A DNA stretch of 63,964 nucleotides, counting the filler, from Polymyxa betae A26-41 (lineage: Eukaryota > Protista > Endomyxa: Phytomyxea), in NCBI GenBank assembly GCA_003693705.1. It is 8 parts of 8 records of this genome, joined end to end, with 100 filler letters (N's around TTAATTAATTAA, not from the genome) between each part and the next. Parts side by side here need not be neighbours in the genome. Positions count along the whole stretch, not along the records: positions 18,089 to 27,662 come from RBZT01000581.1; positions 27,763 to 32,779 come from RBZT01000416.1; positions 32,880 to 42,008 come from RBZT01000307.1; 5 more parts are not named here. One strand, 5' to 3'. Positions 25,941-37,199 of this stretch are shown here, piece by piece. Position 1 is the stretch's first letter. The number at the start of each line of letters is the position of its first letter. The notes under the pieces were generated by a model, which did not search any database, had not been told where the DNA came from, and worked only from the letters and a program-made list of their open reading frames with translations. The translations under genes and the position numbers were made by a program.

Positions 25941-27662
25941 TGTCGTCCCCGACATGATCGGAGGCCGCCCCGCCAGCACGTGACCTGCCCGTGGTACGGA
26001 TCGCGTACCCGACCCCAAGACTCACCCTGGCCCTGTTTCTCTTCTTTTTTCTCATTACTATCTGAATACACCTGGTGACACTTCCGTTCACCTGCGTTCT
26101 TTATCTGTTTACTTATAGTACACGTCATTTTTTGAACGAGTCATGGTCTCTAGCGAACAAGCCAGCCCGCCGCAGCTGCAAGACGCTTCCGAACCCGGCC
26201 CCGCACCGGTCTCCGATCACCCAGCACCCGCTACCCCAATCGAACGAGTCCAGCAACTGCTTCGATCGGCGATCTCCCGTCTGGACGAATCTATCGTCTC
26301 CGACACAAACGCCCAAACACGAGCGCTCCAATCAGAGGTCAACGCGCTGACCGAACAGCTCACGTCCCTCAACGCGGCATATGCCGCACTCGGCGTGCTC
26401 CCGCAGCCCCGATCACCATTGCCGCCTAGTGGACATCCGACCCCGACATACGAACGTCCTATCTCGCTCCCCTCACGACTGCCAAGATTCCAACGCTCGT
26501 CATCATCCGTCCAAGGAGTCCAAGAATTCCTGACATCATTCGAAGACCTTCTACGAGCTCACTCATACCCGACATCACATTACGTACACGCCCTTTTGAC
26601 CTGTTGCGGTAAGGATGAGGCAATCTCATCGGTTCTTTCCAGGAACAGTTAGAAGCCATCTCAATGAAGAAGGGCGAGAGCGTTAAGTCCTTCTGTGACC
26701 GTTATGTTCAGGCCATGCGTCTAGCGGAACTTGACCCGCATCGTGACGATCGTCGTATTCATTTCATTCAGCGACTTCCGAACGACATCCAGATCCAACT
26801 CCGCTCTTTCAAGGTTTCATGCCCGGACGCCGTAAGTCCGTGGCAGCCATCACCGACACGTTGGCCCTTATCCGTCCGGCATCCTATCAAGCCAAGTCCA
26901 TACCTCCTTCTCAGACCCCCAATTCGAACTGGTGCCCGCATCATCGCACGTCCACCATGATGCAGCCGACTGCCGTGTTCTGCAGTCCGGAACGTCTTCC
27001 AGCGCCACCAACAGACCCGAGAATTCCAGTAAGTGGTGTGACCATCACAAGACCAACCGTCACGACAGCAGCGAGTGTCGGGCCAAAACGAAGGCCGCGT
27101 CCTCATCGACCCCGAAACCCGGTACTTCTGACTCTGGTCAGCTCCGCTGTTATTCCTGTAACAAGACTGGACACTTCGCACGGGACTGTTCGACTTTCCC
27201 CTCGAATCCCGTTACGCCTGCTTCCAACCACCACATCAGCTACGGCTCGACAGCAAGGCATGGCGATGTCTCGATTTCATCATCCTCAGCCACGGTGACC
27301 GGAGTTGTGGAGGCGTTTAACGATATGTCCAGTTCCATCCACATGGTCGACACCGACACTTCACTATCATCAGCTTTGTTCGTCCCAATCACTCTGGCTG
27401 ACCGCCTTGACCTTCAGGCTTATATCGACACGGGGGCCTCCAACTCCGCAGTCCGTCAATCCTTCATACAGCAGCTACCCCCACAGGTTCAGAAGTCCTT
27501 CCAGGCCTGTGCAGAAGGAAGCGTCATCTCTCTTGGCGCAAAAGATGCGTTTATTCCACGGATCGGCAATGTCTTAATTCCGTTCAAATGGGGTGGAAAG
27601 TCATTCTCGCACCGATTCGAGGTCCACGATCCTCCGGAGGGCATCGATGTCATCGTGGGGCG
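25941..27662 (+). mobile_element. Ty3/Gypsy retrotransposon 5' part: LTR ~25941-26127, gag, protease (frameshifted); runs into a gap
   Basis: TGTCGT...ACGTCA termini; two WC..H....H....C knuckles and CYSCNKTGHFARDC; YIDTGAS protease. Confidence 0.88.
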
Positions 27663-27762
27663 NNNNNNNNNNNNNNNNNNNNNNNNNNNNNNNNNNNNNN
27701 NNNNNNTTAATTAATTAANNNNNNNNNNNNNNNNNNNNNNNNNNNNNNNNNNNNNNNNNNNN

Positions 27763-27991
27763 TGCATATCAAGAAAACTGCGCAGAAAAACCTGCGCGCC
27801 GGAGTTAGGTCCCAGAATGTCAGTTTCATTATCATCAGCTATTTATATCCAATCAATTATTAATAAACTTTTATCGATGTTGAATAAAAGGCCGTGTATT
27901 GCACGAGAGATTCTGGTACCTTAGCCACATTTCGTTCATAATCAATCTGAATTCTCTTATCCGGCAACACCAAATAGCTGTTGATTCAACA
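27763..27991 (+). mobile_element. LTR 3' end (Copia-type, ...TCAACA) inserted in the hAT transposase; second copy at 62447-62642
   Basis: Near-identical ~195 bp at both sites. Identity stops exactly at ...gttgattcaaca; AATAAA inside. Confidence 0.75.
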
Positions 27992-29902
27992 GAAGATCAG
28001 TACACTCTTCCATCACGAAAGGTTATAAATAGTCGCGTCAAAGATATTCATCTGCAAAGTAAAGCAGAGACTATTCTTCAGTTGCGAATTGCTACTGAAG
28101 TGCGAAGAGTTGGCATAACCACAGATGTATGGACGTCGCCGACCAAAAAAGGCAAAAAACTTATTGTCCGTTTGAAATCACTATTCTGAGTATCCTCTAG
28201 GATACATGGCAGTTACTCTACACTGGATGGACGATTAATTTGAAAAGCAAACCGTCTTGATCGCATTTCCCCGAGTTGTGTATCCTCATACATCGCAAAA
28301 CATTGCTAACGCTTTATTTGATGCTATCAAGGATTTCGACCCTGTCCTTTTAAAGCGCATCTGTGCGATAACAGCCGATAATGCCATTATGCCAGCACCA
28401 ACGTTGCTATGATGTCACTTCTCCAGACATTATTGGATCACCATCATGACCCACCTGCGTATCAGAATGATGATGATACAGAGCCTGAGGAGGTACCGCA
28501 AGGATCGGTTCAGAATGTGAACCTCTTTCGTTGTCTTGCACATGTTCTTCAATTGTGCGTCAGAAAGGGGATGAAAGATTGTGACTTCAAGAGTTCCAGT
28601 ATCGGACGGTTTCGTGACTTCGTTAAAAAGGTGAATGATTCTCCCAAGCTTCGTGAACGCCTTGAAGCTGTTTGCGGTGATCTTCGAATTAATTTCCGTC
28701 AGCTTTTGTTGGACTGCGCAACTCGTTGGAATTCGACATGGGACATGATCGATGTTTTACTGCAAATGAGATGCGCTATTGATGAGCTCCTTCGTCGCAT
28801 TCAACTTTCGTTTCCTGGCTACGATCGACTTACTATTTTACCGAACGATTACATTGCCCGTGGTTTTAATGACATGCTCTGGTCAGCAATATCTGATTTC
28901 CATTCGTTTCTGGGATATTTCAAAGAGGCGACAGTGTTGTTATCTGGCTCGACATACCCCACCCTCGGCATCGTTATTCCAGTGATCTACTGTCTTCGGG
29001 ACGAAATGCAACGAGCAATTTGACAATTATTTAGGATCCAAGTCGACTCACATAGTACAATTCGCCGAGGCTGCAATCACAAAACTGGACCAGTATTAGG
29101 ACGTTGTTGGCAACGAATTTGCGCTATGTGCAGGAATCATTGACCCCAGGGTCAAGAATCACCCGGAAAAATGCGGCGTTGGTGTCCAACGACAGAAAAT
29201 TACGATCGAGGTCATTTTTTGATGAACATTATAAGGTTAAGTACGGTCATCAGGGGTTATTATTTTATCATCCTCTTGTTCTCATTACGATGATAGGTAC
29301 GAAAACCGGAAGGCTGGTGAGCAAAATTCAGCTGCTAACCACACCGTCTCGACATCGAACATATTCAAAAGGTTATCGCCTGATAATGCGGATTCTTCTG
29401 TCCACAGGGAGAGAGTTTCTCGGCGGAAGTGGACAAATGGCTCAATCATTCTCCACTCAATTTGCAGGACAGCACATCTGACATATGCTCTTTTTTCTGT
29501 TCAACAAAGAAATTATATCCTCCCATCTTACTGATGGCAAAACATTTCCTCGCTGTGACGGCGACCTCTGTCCCAAGCGAAATTGTGTTCTCAAAGCGGG
29601 ATTAACAATAAGCAAAAAAGAGCTAGGCTTTCCGACGCTACAGTTCAGATGTTGATGGAGTTGCAGTCGTTCAAAAAATTGAAGCAAAAAAGTTAGCGCT
29701 GACCAAGTTAATACTTAATAAACGGAAATGAAATCAGTTAAATGAGCCGACTCGAGTCAACTGAGAGCCGGCTCAAGCCGGTTCTGAATCGACTCAGGAA
29801 TGAGCTGACTCGAGTCGGCTCCGAGCCGACTCAACACCGGCGTGAGTGGCTAAGGCAAATTTCTGAGTCGGCTCGAGCGGCTCTGAGCCGAAGCCATCTC
29901 TA
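27992..29902 (+). mobile_element. hAT DNA transposon (decayed transposase, subterminal repeats, right TIR ...CATCTCTA)
   Basis: ITTDVWTS, YMAVTLHW, ITADNA, RCLAHVLQL, CATRWNSTWDM, SGSTYPT, IDPR, ATSVPSE. GAGCCGACTCGAG-type subterminal repeats at 29742-29890; terminus reads TAGAGATG in reverse. Confidence 0.92.
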
Positions 29903-30316
29903 CGTAGACTGTGCATCCAAAAACTCTCAAGTTGGAAAGATCGGGTTTTCTACCAAACCAAGTCTCGTATGGAGTCTTTGAGTTTAGCGCTTTGGTTGGG
30001 GTTCTGTTGTGAACATAAATGGCCATTTTCATGGCTTCTCGCCAAGATATTTTTGGAGCTCCTGCATAGTGTAGCATACAGCGTGCCATGTCGGTGGTTG
30101 TGCGGATAATGTTTTCGGAGGATGGATTCTCCTGAGAGCTGTGCGGCAATGTTCGCTCTAATTTGATTCCCTTTTTATTAAGGAAGTTTAAGAATTCGAT
30201 GGATTTGAATTCACCCCCTCCATTAGCGCGGAGTGCAATTATGCCTTTTCTATGCAAGTTTGTCAATCTGTTGTGATAGATTTGCGCTTCTAATTTTTCT
30301 CGTGAGAAAAATATCA
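29903..30316 (-). mobile_element. Copia integrase-core fragment bounded by a hAT and a Harbinger insertion
   Basis: LRANGGGEF...HSSQEN...MARCML...TPYETWFGRKPDLSNLRVFGC. Confidence 0.9.
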
Positions 30317-32609
30317 GAGCATCTCCAATGCGCAGCCAAAGCCAAAGCCAAGGACTTTCTTGGCTCAAAATTCTTCCCCAATGGAGAGCAAAAATCCAAC
30401 GGCGCACTTTTTTTTGGATTCTTGAAGCCAAAGTCCTCAGTTTGGCTTTATAGCCAGACTTCGAGCTACGGAGTTTAGCCGCAGATTCTGCGACAGGAGC
30501 GGGCTGCGCGACGAAAAGAGCTCACTCTAATCTACATTGAACATGGTGATGGGCAAGGCCTGGACGTCAGCTGAAAACGTTTTCTTGGCTAGGTCGGTGG
30601 TCTTCGCTAGCCACGATCCGAGCAAGGGTGTATCCCAGACTGCAGAGCACTATTGGAGGTCAGTATTTGCTCAGTTTAAGACATTCATCGGTGAAGAATC
30701 CGAGCGCACCGAAATCGCATGCCAAAATCAATTGATAAAAGTGATTCAACCGCAAGTTTCCAAATTTGTCGGTCATTATACCACTATCACTGGCACTCCG
30801 AAATCTGGCTACAATAATGAAGACGACTATATAAATTTGGCAATTCAGTTGTATTCAGATGTCGAAAAAACTGAATTTAAAATGCTAGAAGTATGGAAGT
30901 TTCTTCGTAAAGACGTTCCTAAGTTTCAGGATGTTTTGTCTCCTACGCCTGGAAGCAAACATAAACGTAACCGCCCTGTGGAAACCCCTAGCATCGAGGA
31001 GATGATTAATCGTGAACAGTCTGAGACCGTAGAGAATATGTAACGGCCAGAGGGCTGTAAAAAGGCCAAATTGAATTATATTGTCGCTGAAGAGAAAGCT
31101 GCCTTTCGTAGTGACATGAAGGAAGCTATGGCGCATCGCAACAAACTTCTGGAAGAGCAAACCTTGGTTGGAAAGCGGCTTGCAGCGCTGCAGGAGGAGC
31201 AAATCCAGATTCATTATTTTCCGGACGTGACGACATCGTTTCAAAAAAGTATATCGCTTTGAAACAGAAGATCGAATTGCAAAAACTGAAAAAGCAGGCA
31301 ATGGAAGCAGGAATCGATATTGCCGGTTTTGATTTTGACCGCTAATTGTTTATAAACTCATTGTGTTGCGGCTTGGCTATTCCAAATATGGAAAATCAAG
31401 TCTTTTCGCAGTTGGAAACACTTTTCAGTATTCCGGATCTCCAAAGAGCGGCTGATGATTGCCAATAACGATGCAGGTGGTAAATCTTCGATTCGGGTAG
31501 GAGTAATGAGGATATTCTCATCGTCGTTCAATCTGGACGAAGCCACCTTTCGTGCACGTTTTTGGGCCGATCAGTCTTCCGAACAGGTCGGGGATCAAAG
31601 TCAGTATCGAAAAGAGTGTCAGAGCCTCGTTCGTCTTCAACAATCATGTTAGGTAAAATAATGCATGTGGTCATTGTAAGAGGAGCGACTGAAGTTAGAT
31701 GAAGGGGACGAAGGGAGCTAACTACTTTGCAGGCGAACAANNNNNNNNNNNNNNNNNNNNNNNNNNNNNNNNNNNNNNNNNNNNNNNNNNNNNNNNNNNN
31801 NNNNAGTGGGCCAGGCGACTTGGACATGGACAGAGTCAGAGACGGCTGGCATTACAGTCAAAAACGGATGAATCGTTGATCGTGCATTCTGGGCCAGTCA
31901 GTTATTTGTAGTTCAGATTACGGGGTTTTGTGCAGAGTTTCCTAACTAAGCGCAGAAAATGTAGAGAGTAGCGCAGTTTCATGACAGTTATGATATCACT
32001 TAACTTCTGAGTCGTCCATAAACGTCAGGATTCTTAACAATAGCAAATCTGGCCTGCAAAACTCCAAACGCGCGTTCGATGTCTTTACTGCAAGACTCCT
32101 GTAGTTTTGTGAAGAACAAATTTGCTGCTCCTTGAGGATCTGGTAGGGCCTTAACAAGAACGGGCCAATTGGGGTAAATGCCGTCGGCCAGCCAATAGGG
32201 CAGATTGTACTTGTTGCCATTGACCTCGTATTCAATTTGATGAGCGGTTCCGTGTGTGATTGAGTGTAACAAATGAGATCTTTGTAAAATATTGATATCG
32301 TTCAAAGCGCCCGGCATTCCAAAAAACGCATGCCAGAACCAAAGATCGTAAGAATCCGCTGCTTCCAGTACAATCGAAGTACCTTTTACGCCCCGGTACG
32401 AACCTTGCCAGGCCATCGGGCAATTTTTCCACTTCCAACTATAACAATCTATTGAGCCCAGCAAACCAGGAAAACCACGACCTGCATTCTGCTCTAATAT
32501 TCTACGAAGGTCTTCCGAGGTAGGAGAACGTAGGTATTCTTCTCCATACTTGTCTATAACAGCTTTGCAGAAATGGTCTAGGCATTCTACTACAGTCGAT
32601 TCACCAATC
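30317..32609. mobile_element. PIF/Harbinger transposon: TIR GAGCATCTCCAA after TCA; Myb/SANT-like ORF (+, ~30543-31345) and DDE transposase (-, 32609-31358), both disrupted
   Basis: Typical TIR. ORF1 has WTSAENVFL..YW..RPEGCKKAK. The transposase has GSIDC..W.WKNCP.AW, WHAFFG.PG..NDIN, YWLADGIYP, KDIERAFGVLQARF, CIILPNMIVEDE and L.KDL..HIW. Confidence 0.93.
31675..31986. mobile_element. Solo LTR (TG...CA, contains a short gap) inserted in the Harbinger transposase
   Basis: TGTAAG...ATGACA with 5-bp TSD GTCAT/GTTAT (1 mismatch). Removing it rejoins ..DII/T-CIIL.NMIVEDE. Confidence 0.8.
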
Positions 32610-32779
32610 TGTCATGCCCACGGAGCATGACAGTACTCGCAGCCGCCCAGCCGACCACCAGGCAGTCGTACTGGCCCTCCGTGAGGGGCTGCACAGAGGG
32701 TTGCGCCCCTGCAGACGACTCCTATAGGGGAAGAGCCCTAACTGTCACGGACTGCTCGGGTCCCCTCGTCTCCCAACTA
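32610..32779. mobile_element. End of another (probably LTR) element, TGTCATGCCCACGGAGCATGACA...; the same terminus interrupts the Copia RT at 17368
   Basis: tgtcatgcccattgagcat at 17368 vs tgtcatgcccacggagcat at 32610; each truncates a host ORF. Confidence 0.65.
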
Positions 32780-32879
32780 NNNNNNNNNNNNNNNNNNNNN
32801 NNNNNNNNNNNNNNNNNNNNNNNTTAATTAATTAANNNNNNNNNNNNNNNNNNNNNNNNNNNNNNNNNNNNNNNNNNNN

Positions 32880-33839
32880 TGCAATATGACGGCGATGAGA
32901 TCAGAGCGCCCCGTTTCGATCAGATCGTCGATCTGTAACGCTAGCGCTCGGACGACGAAACGGACGAATGGTAGCAGGGCGCGCAGCTCGGAATCCGTGA
33001 ACTCCTTGATCTTCATTTCGTCCAGCTGGATCGGCATCCCGAGGAAGAACAGTTTGCGGGCCAGAATGGGCCGGGATCTGATATGGTGTCCATGCTCTTT
33101 GGAAATTGTTTCGGCGATAATCATAACCCCACTTCGCGTTCCTCTTTGCGAGCTGGTCTTGTAGTTTGTCCCAGTGCGAAAGGTCGGATGAAATCTGTTC
33201 CTCATGGGGCCGGATTATATCGAGAATATCAGCAGGAATATCGCTGATGTAGCCGTTGGAAGACGTGGTCAGCGCTTTGCTCAGCACATAATCACACATC
33301 AGCTTGATGGGATCGTATGAATGTAGTCGGAACATCCAGAAGGTGTTGTTGACGACGAGGACCCAGCCGGGCGTCAGTTCCGCCACGGATCCGATTTGCC
33401 CGATCACGTCGAATAGGTTCATGATCACTTCAATCTCATCCATAGCGATGGACAGGAGCCTATACATGAACAGAGGCGCCGTCTCTTCTGTTAAGAGATC
33501 GCTCAGTGAAGCGACATTACGTTGATCTCTGCATATATTGATCAGCCATTTGATGTCGCGGATGAAACTGTCTCTGGAGGTCGGTAGCTTAGCAACGATC
33601 CGGGTCAGACGCTGATTACGGAGAATGTCCCGGACTAATTTAAAATGGGCCTTGTCGACCAGGGCGAGTCTTCCGAGTAAGACCGGGTCCGGCCGGGCAT
33701 GACGGAAGACAGCCTCCAAAATCTGGCTAGGAGAGGAGTGGGCAAGGTTCGGGTGCGGTCTGCACTTCGATCGGAGTCCGGGATAAAGCAAGGCCGACAC
33801 ACTCATTAGAATCAGTGTTGTATTTAGCTTCGTTGTCAT
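32880..33839 (-). pseudogene. Secreted F-box-like protein, paralog 1 (+1 frameshift ~33119; runs into a gap)
   Basis: Hydrophobic N-terminus; LAHSSPSQILEAVFRHARPDPVLLGRLALVDKAHFKLV; colinear and highly similar to 34736-36089. Confidence 0.7.
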
Positions 33840-33956
33840 GACTGCAGGACAAACGCGATGAGATAGGAGATGGATAGAGTCGACGGGTTCGGAATTCACG
33901 GACAATGTATAGCAATATCGGGCAAGGGTTTCTCTTTGTCTTTGTCGACTGATGAG

Positions 33957-34146
33957 AGGCCTCCATTCGTCTCAAGTACGCGCAGCCTCCATTCGTCTCA
34001 AGGACGCGCAGCCTTCCAATCGTCTCATGGATGCGCAGCCTTCCATTCGTCGACGAAGACGACAATACGCAGCTCTCCATTCGTCGAACTCTCACAGATG
34101 CGCAGCCTTCCATTCGTCTCAAGGATGCGCAGCCTTCCATTCATCG
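33957..34146. repeat. Imperfect minisatellite, ~7 units of ~26-36 bp (core CGCAGCCTTCCATTCGTC)
   Basis: Repeated gcgcagcc(t)tccattcgtc(tcaaggat) units read directly from the sequence. Confidence 0.9.
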
Positions 34147-34735
34147 GCTGGCAGAATAGTGCATTGCCGTCGGGACCTTTCTTCTGTAGGTTCGACATTA
34201 TCGATGTGGTATTGGAGGGTTGCGAATCGTTTCCTAACTGTCGGCGATGAGCAACGTGCCATTTCCGCAATACGATGTGAGTGTCTTAACGTATGGGATA
34301 GCCAATAAACACGCCTTTATCAGCTATTTTTACGCACGCTGCACTGCCTATGCTGCAACATTGAGGGGCAGAATTTACGCGACGCTCTCTATTCTCGGGG
34401 GTCGTGACGTCTGTCACTTTTCCTCTATTATCTTCTTGAGTTATCATCGGATGGGCTCCGATTGACTGTACGCCTAACGCTTCGAAGCTTCCATCGATTG
34501 TTCTACATCCAGTTCTGTATCAGAACTTAGTCTCGTAAAATGACCTTGTAGCAGTATTGACACGGCGCCTTAACATTGAGAATTAAAACATTAAGAATTA
34601 ACAGGATGTGTTTCTTACAGTACAATCGAATTGTCAGGTAAGAGCTGTCTCCGGTAAAAATCGCGACATCATTCATTGTGTTATCCACGTTCGGGCGAGC
34701 CAACCTCATTTTATATTGTTTGCAACTTTAACAAA

Positions 34736-36089
34736 TCACCTGTTCTCGGCTTTCCCCATCGACTCTCTTTTTCTCGAAGGAGTAGGGCGACATGCGAAAT
34801 TTTGAATTGACATCTCTTCTAAAGTAGCGTAGTTCAAACAAATTATCAATCTCAGAACGTGGTACAGCATACGACCATAGTTATCGAGACTGCTGACCAA
34901 GCCCGGGACGGACATAAGCAGTCGAACAGCTTCCACATTCTTAACCTGTACAGCACGGTGTAGAAAGTACGAGTCAGCAAACGAATTGGTTCGGGCAAGC
35001 CAGCCTTCCGGAAGCGGCGCTTCCAACAGCATGCACAGCAGGTCGTGCTGGCCCTTGGCCATGATCAGGCATCGGACGATACGTTCGAGATAGCACGGCG
35101 TTTCCGTGAAACCGTCGAGAGGTGGAGAGAAGAACGCCTCCGATTGCAATATGACGGCGATGAGATCATAGCGGGGCAAAGGGGATCTGCATCGCTAGAG
35201 CTCGGACGACGAAACGGGCGAACGGTAGCAGGGCGCGCAGCTCGGAAACCGTGAACTCCTTGATCTCCATATCGCACAGTAGAATCGGCATCCCGAGATA
35301 CAGCAGTTTGCGGGCCAGTATGGGCCGTGATCGGATATGGTGACCATGCTCTTTGGAAATTTTCTCGGCGAGATCATAAATCGCCATCGCGTTTTCCTTT
35401 GCGAGCTGGTCTTGTAGCTGTCCCCAGTTCGAAAGGTCGGATGAAATCTGTTCCTCATAGGGCCGGATTATATCGAGAATATCGGCAGGAATATCGCTGA
35501 TGTTGCTAATGATAGAAGTGGTCAGCGCTTTGCGCAGAGCATAGTCAAACATCAGCTTGATGGGGTCATATGAATGTTCTCTGTACATCCAGAAGGTGTT
35601 GTTGACGACGAGGACCCAGCCGGGAATCAATTCGGCCACGGATTCGATTTGCCCGATCACGTCGAATAGGTTCATGATCACATCAGTCTCATCCATAGCG
35701 ATGGACATCATCCGATACAGAAACAGAGGCGCCGTCTCTTCTGTTAGAAGATCGTTCAGGACAGCGACATTACTTGGTCGCTCTGTGCATATATTGATCA
35801 GCCATTTGATGTCGCCGATGATATTATCTCGGGAGGTCGGTAGCTGGATAACAATCCGTTTCAGACGCTGATTACGGAGGATGTCCCGGACTAATTTAAA
35901 ACGGGTCTTGTCGACCAGCGCGAGCGTTCCGAGTAAGACCGGGTCCGGACGGGCATGACGGACGACAAACTTCAGAATCTCGTTAGGACAGGAGCGGGCA
36001 AGGTTCGGATGCGGGCTGCACTTTGATCGGAGTCCTGGATAAAGCAAGGCCGACACACCCACCAGAATCAGTGCTGTAACTGGATTCAT
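34736..36089 (-). pseudogene. Secreted F-box-like/ankyrin protein, paralog 2 (net 11-nt deletion frameshift ~35180)
   Basis: Signal-like MNPVTALILVGVSALLYPGLRS; F-box-like PNEILKFVVRH..LALVDK.RF.LV; ankyrin-like FLHRAVQVKNVEAVRLLMSVPG..LDNYG in the downstream frame. Confidence 0.7.
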
Positions 36090-37199
36090 TGTGATGACTT
36101 CAGGACAGAGGAGATGAGAGACGAGATGGATCGAGTCGGGACCGAGTGCGAACTTCACTGAGAATGTATAACAATAGGTCACTCCCAGTCGCACCCCTGC
36201 AGGCGCTCGGAGGCCCCGCCAGTTTGTGTCACTACACTCTCGCCAGTACCATTCTGAGCGGTCGAACGTTTTGTCCACTGGTCGATCGAGGCCGCGCTGT
36301 CCCTTGTGGACACTCTCGTCAGAGCTATACCACTGGTGGACAGCGCGGCCTCGATCTACCAATTGCTGTATGGGATCTGCTTGTTGTCTCAGATAAGTGG
36401 AAAGCGATGTGAATCCTGCGCTTTTCACCAATGATACGAGAATTCGGTAGCGATCGAGGATGACGAAGACGATCATGCTCACTAACAAATTTTCATCAAC
36501 CGATCATCACCAGTTTGAAGTTGGCAAGCACTTCAGTTCTGGCGAACTGCTTGTAAAATGCGTCCGAGAACTGTCGCGAACTTCTGGTTTTTTGTTGAAT
36601 TTCTAAAAAATATGCTCTAGTAGTCAAAGACCCTTGGCTTTTTTTCAGAAGCTGTGAGTATTTTGTGAGACATTCTCATTTATTTTAATTGAAAACATCG
36701 TCCAAAGCCGACAATTACTCAAAATGAATTTCATTGAATTGTTTCGTCATCAAAGACGAGCCTGTAAATCAGATATTCTCATAGCATGTGATTGATGAGC
36801 TCGACTGTAAACAGATTCAATCGAAGTTGGATTGGATTGGATTCGACTAGTTCGCTGATTGATGGTCAACAGGCGGCGCTTTTTCCAAAACGCATGGATG
36901 GAAAATTTAGGCAAATTGCCCAAATAGATTCCAGCACCCTTACTACCGATTTCGGGGCGTTGCATTAATTCATCCGTTTAAATAGCAATGTCGACATACA
37001 TCGCTGGGCTCTATATTTAGATTGTGTAGATGTGATCGGGCTCGAGTGTGTCCTGTTCTAACTCTGTTTGAATAGAGGGCTATCAAAGCAGATCTGGTGA
37101 TCTGTATTACCATCTCTACTCTGTGTTCGAGAATAACCGTCTACTAGAGGAGTTCGTTTCGGGTGGTTTGAAAATCCGCTTGGTTTCACCTTTTTCAAT

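Noticed and set aside
33957-34146. CRISPR-like repeat/spacer array
   Set aside because: Eukaryotic context, no cas genes, and the linkers are short and related to each other; it is a minisatellite.
36090-36488. N-terminal extension of the 440-aa ORF
   Set aside because: Homology with paralog 1 and the signal peptide start near 36089; the extension spans a hairpin and a TE-like region.
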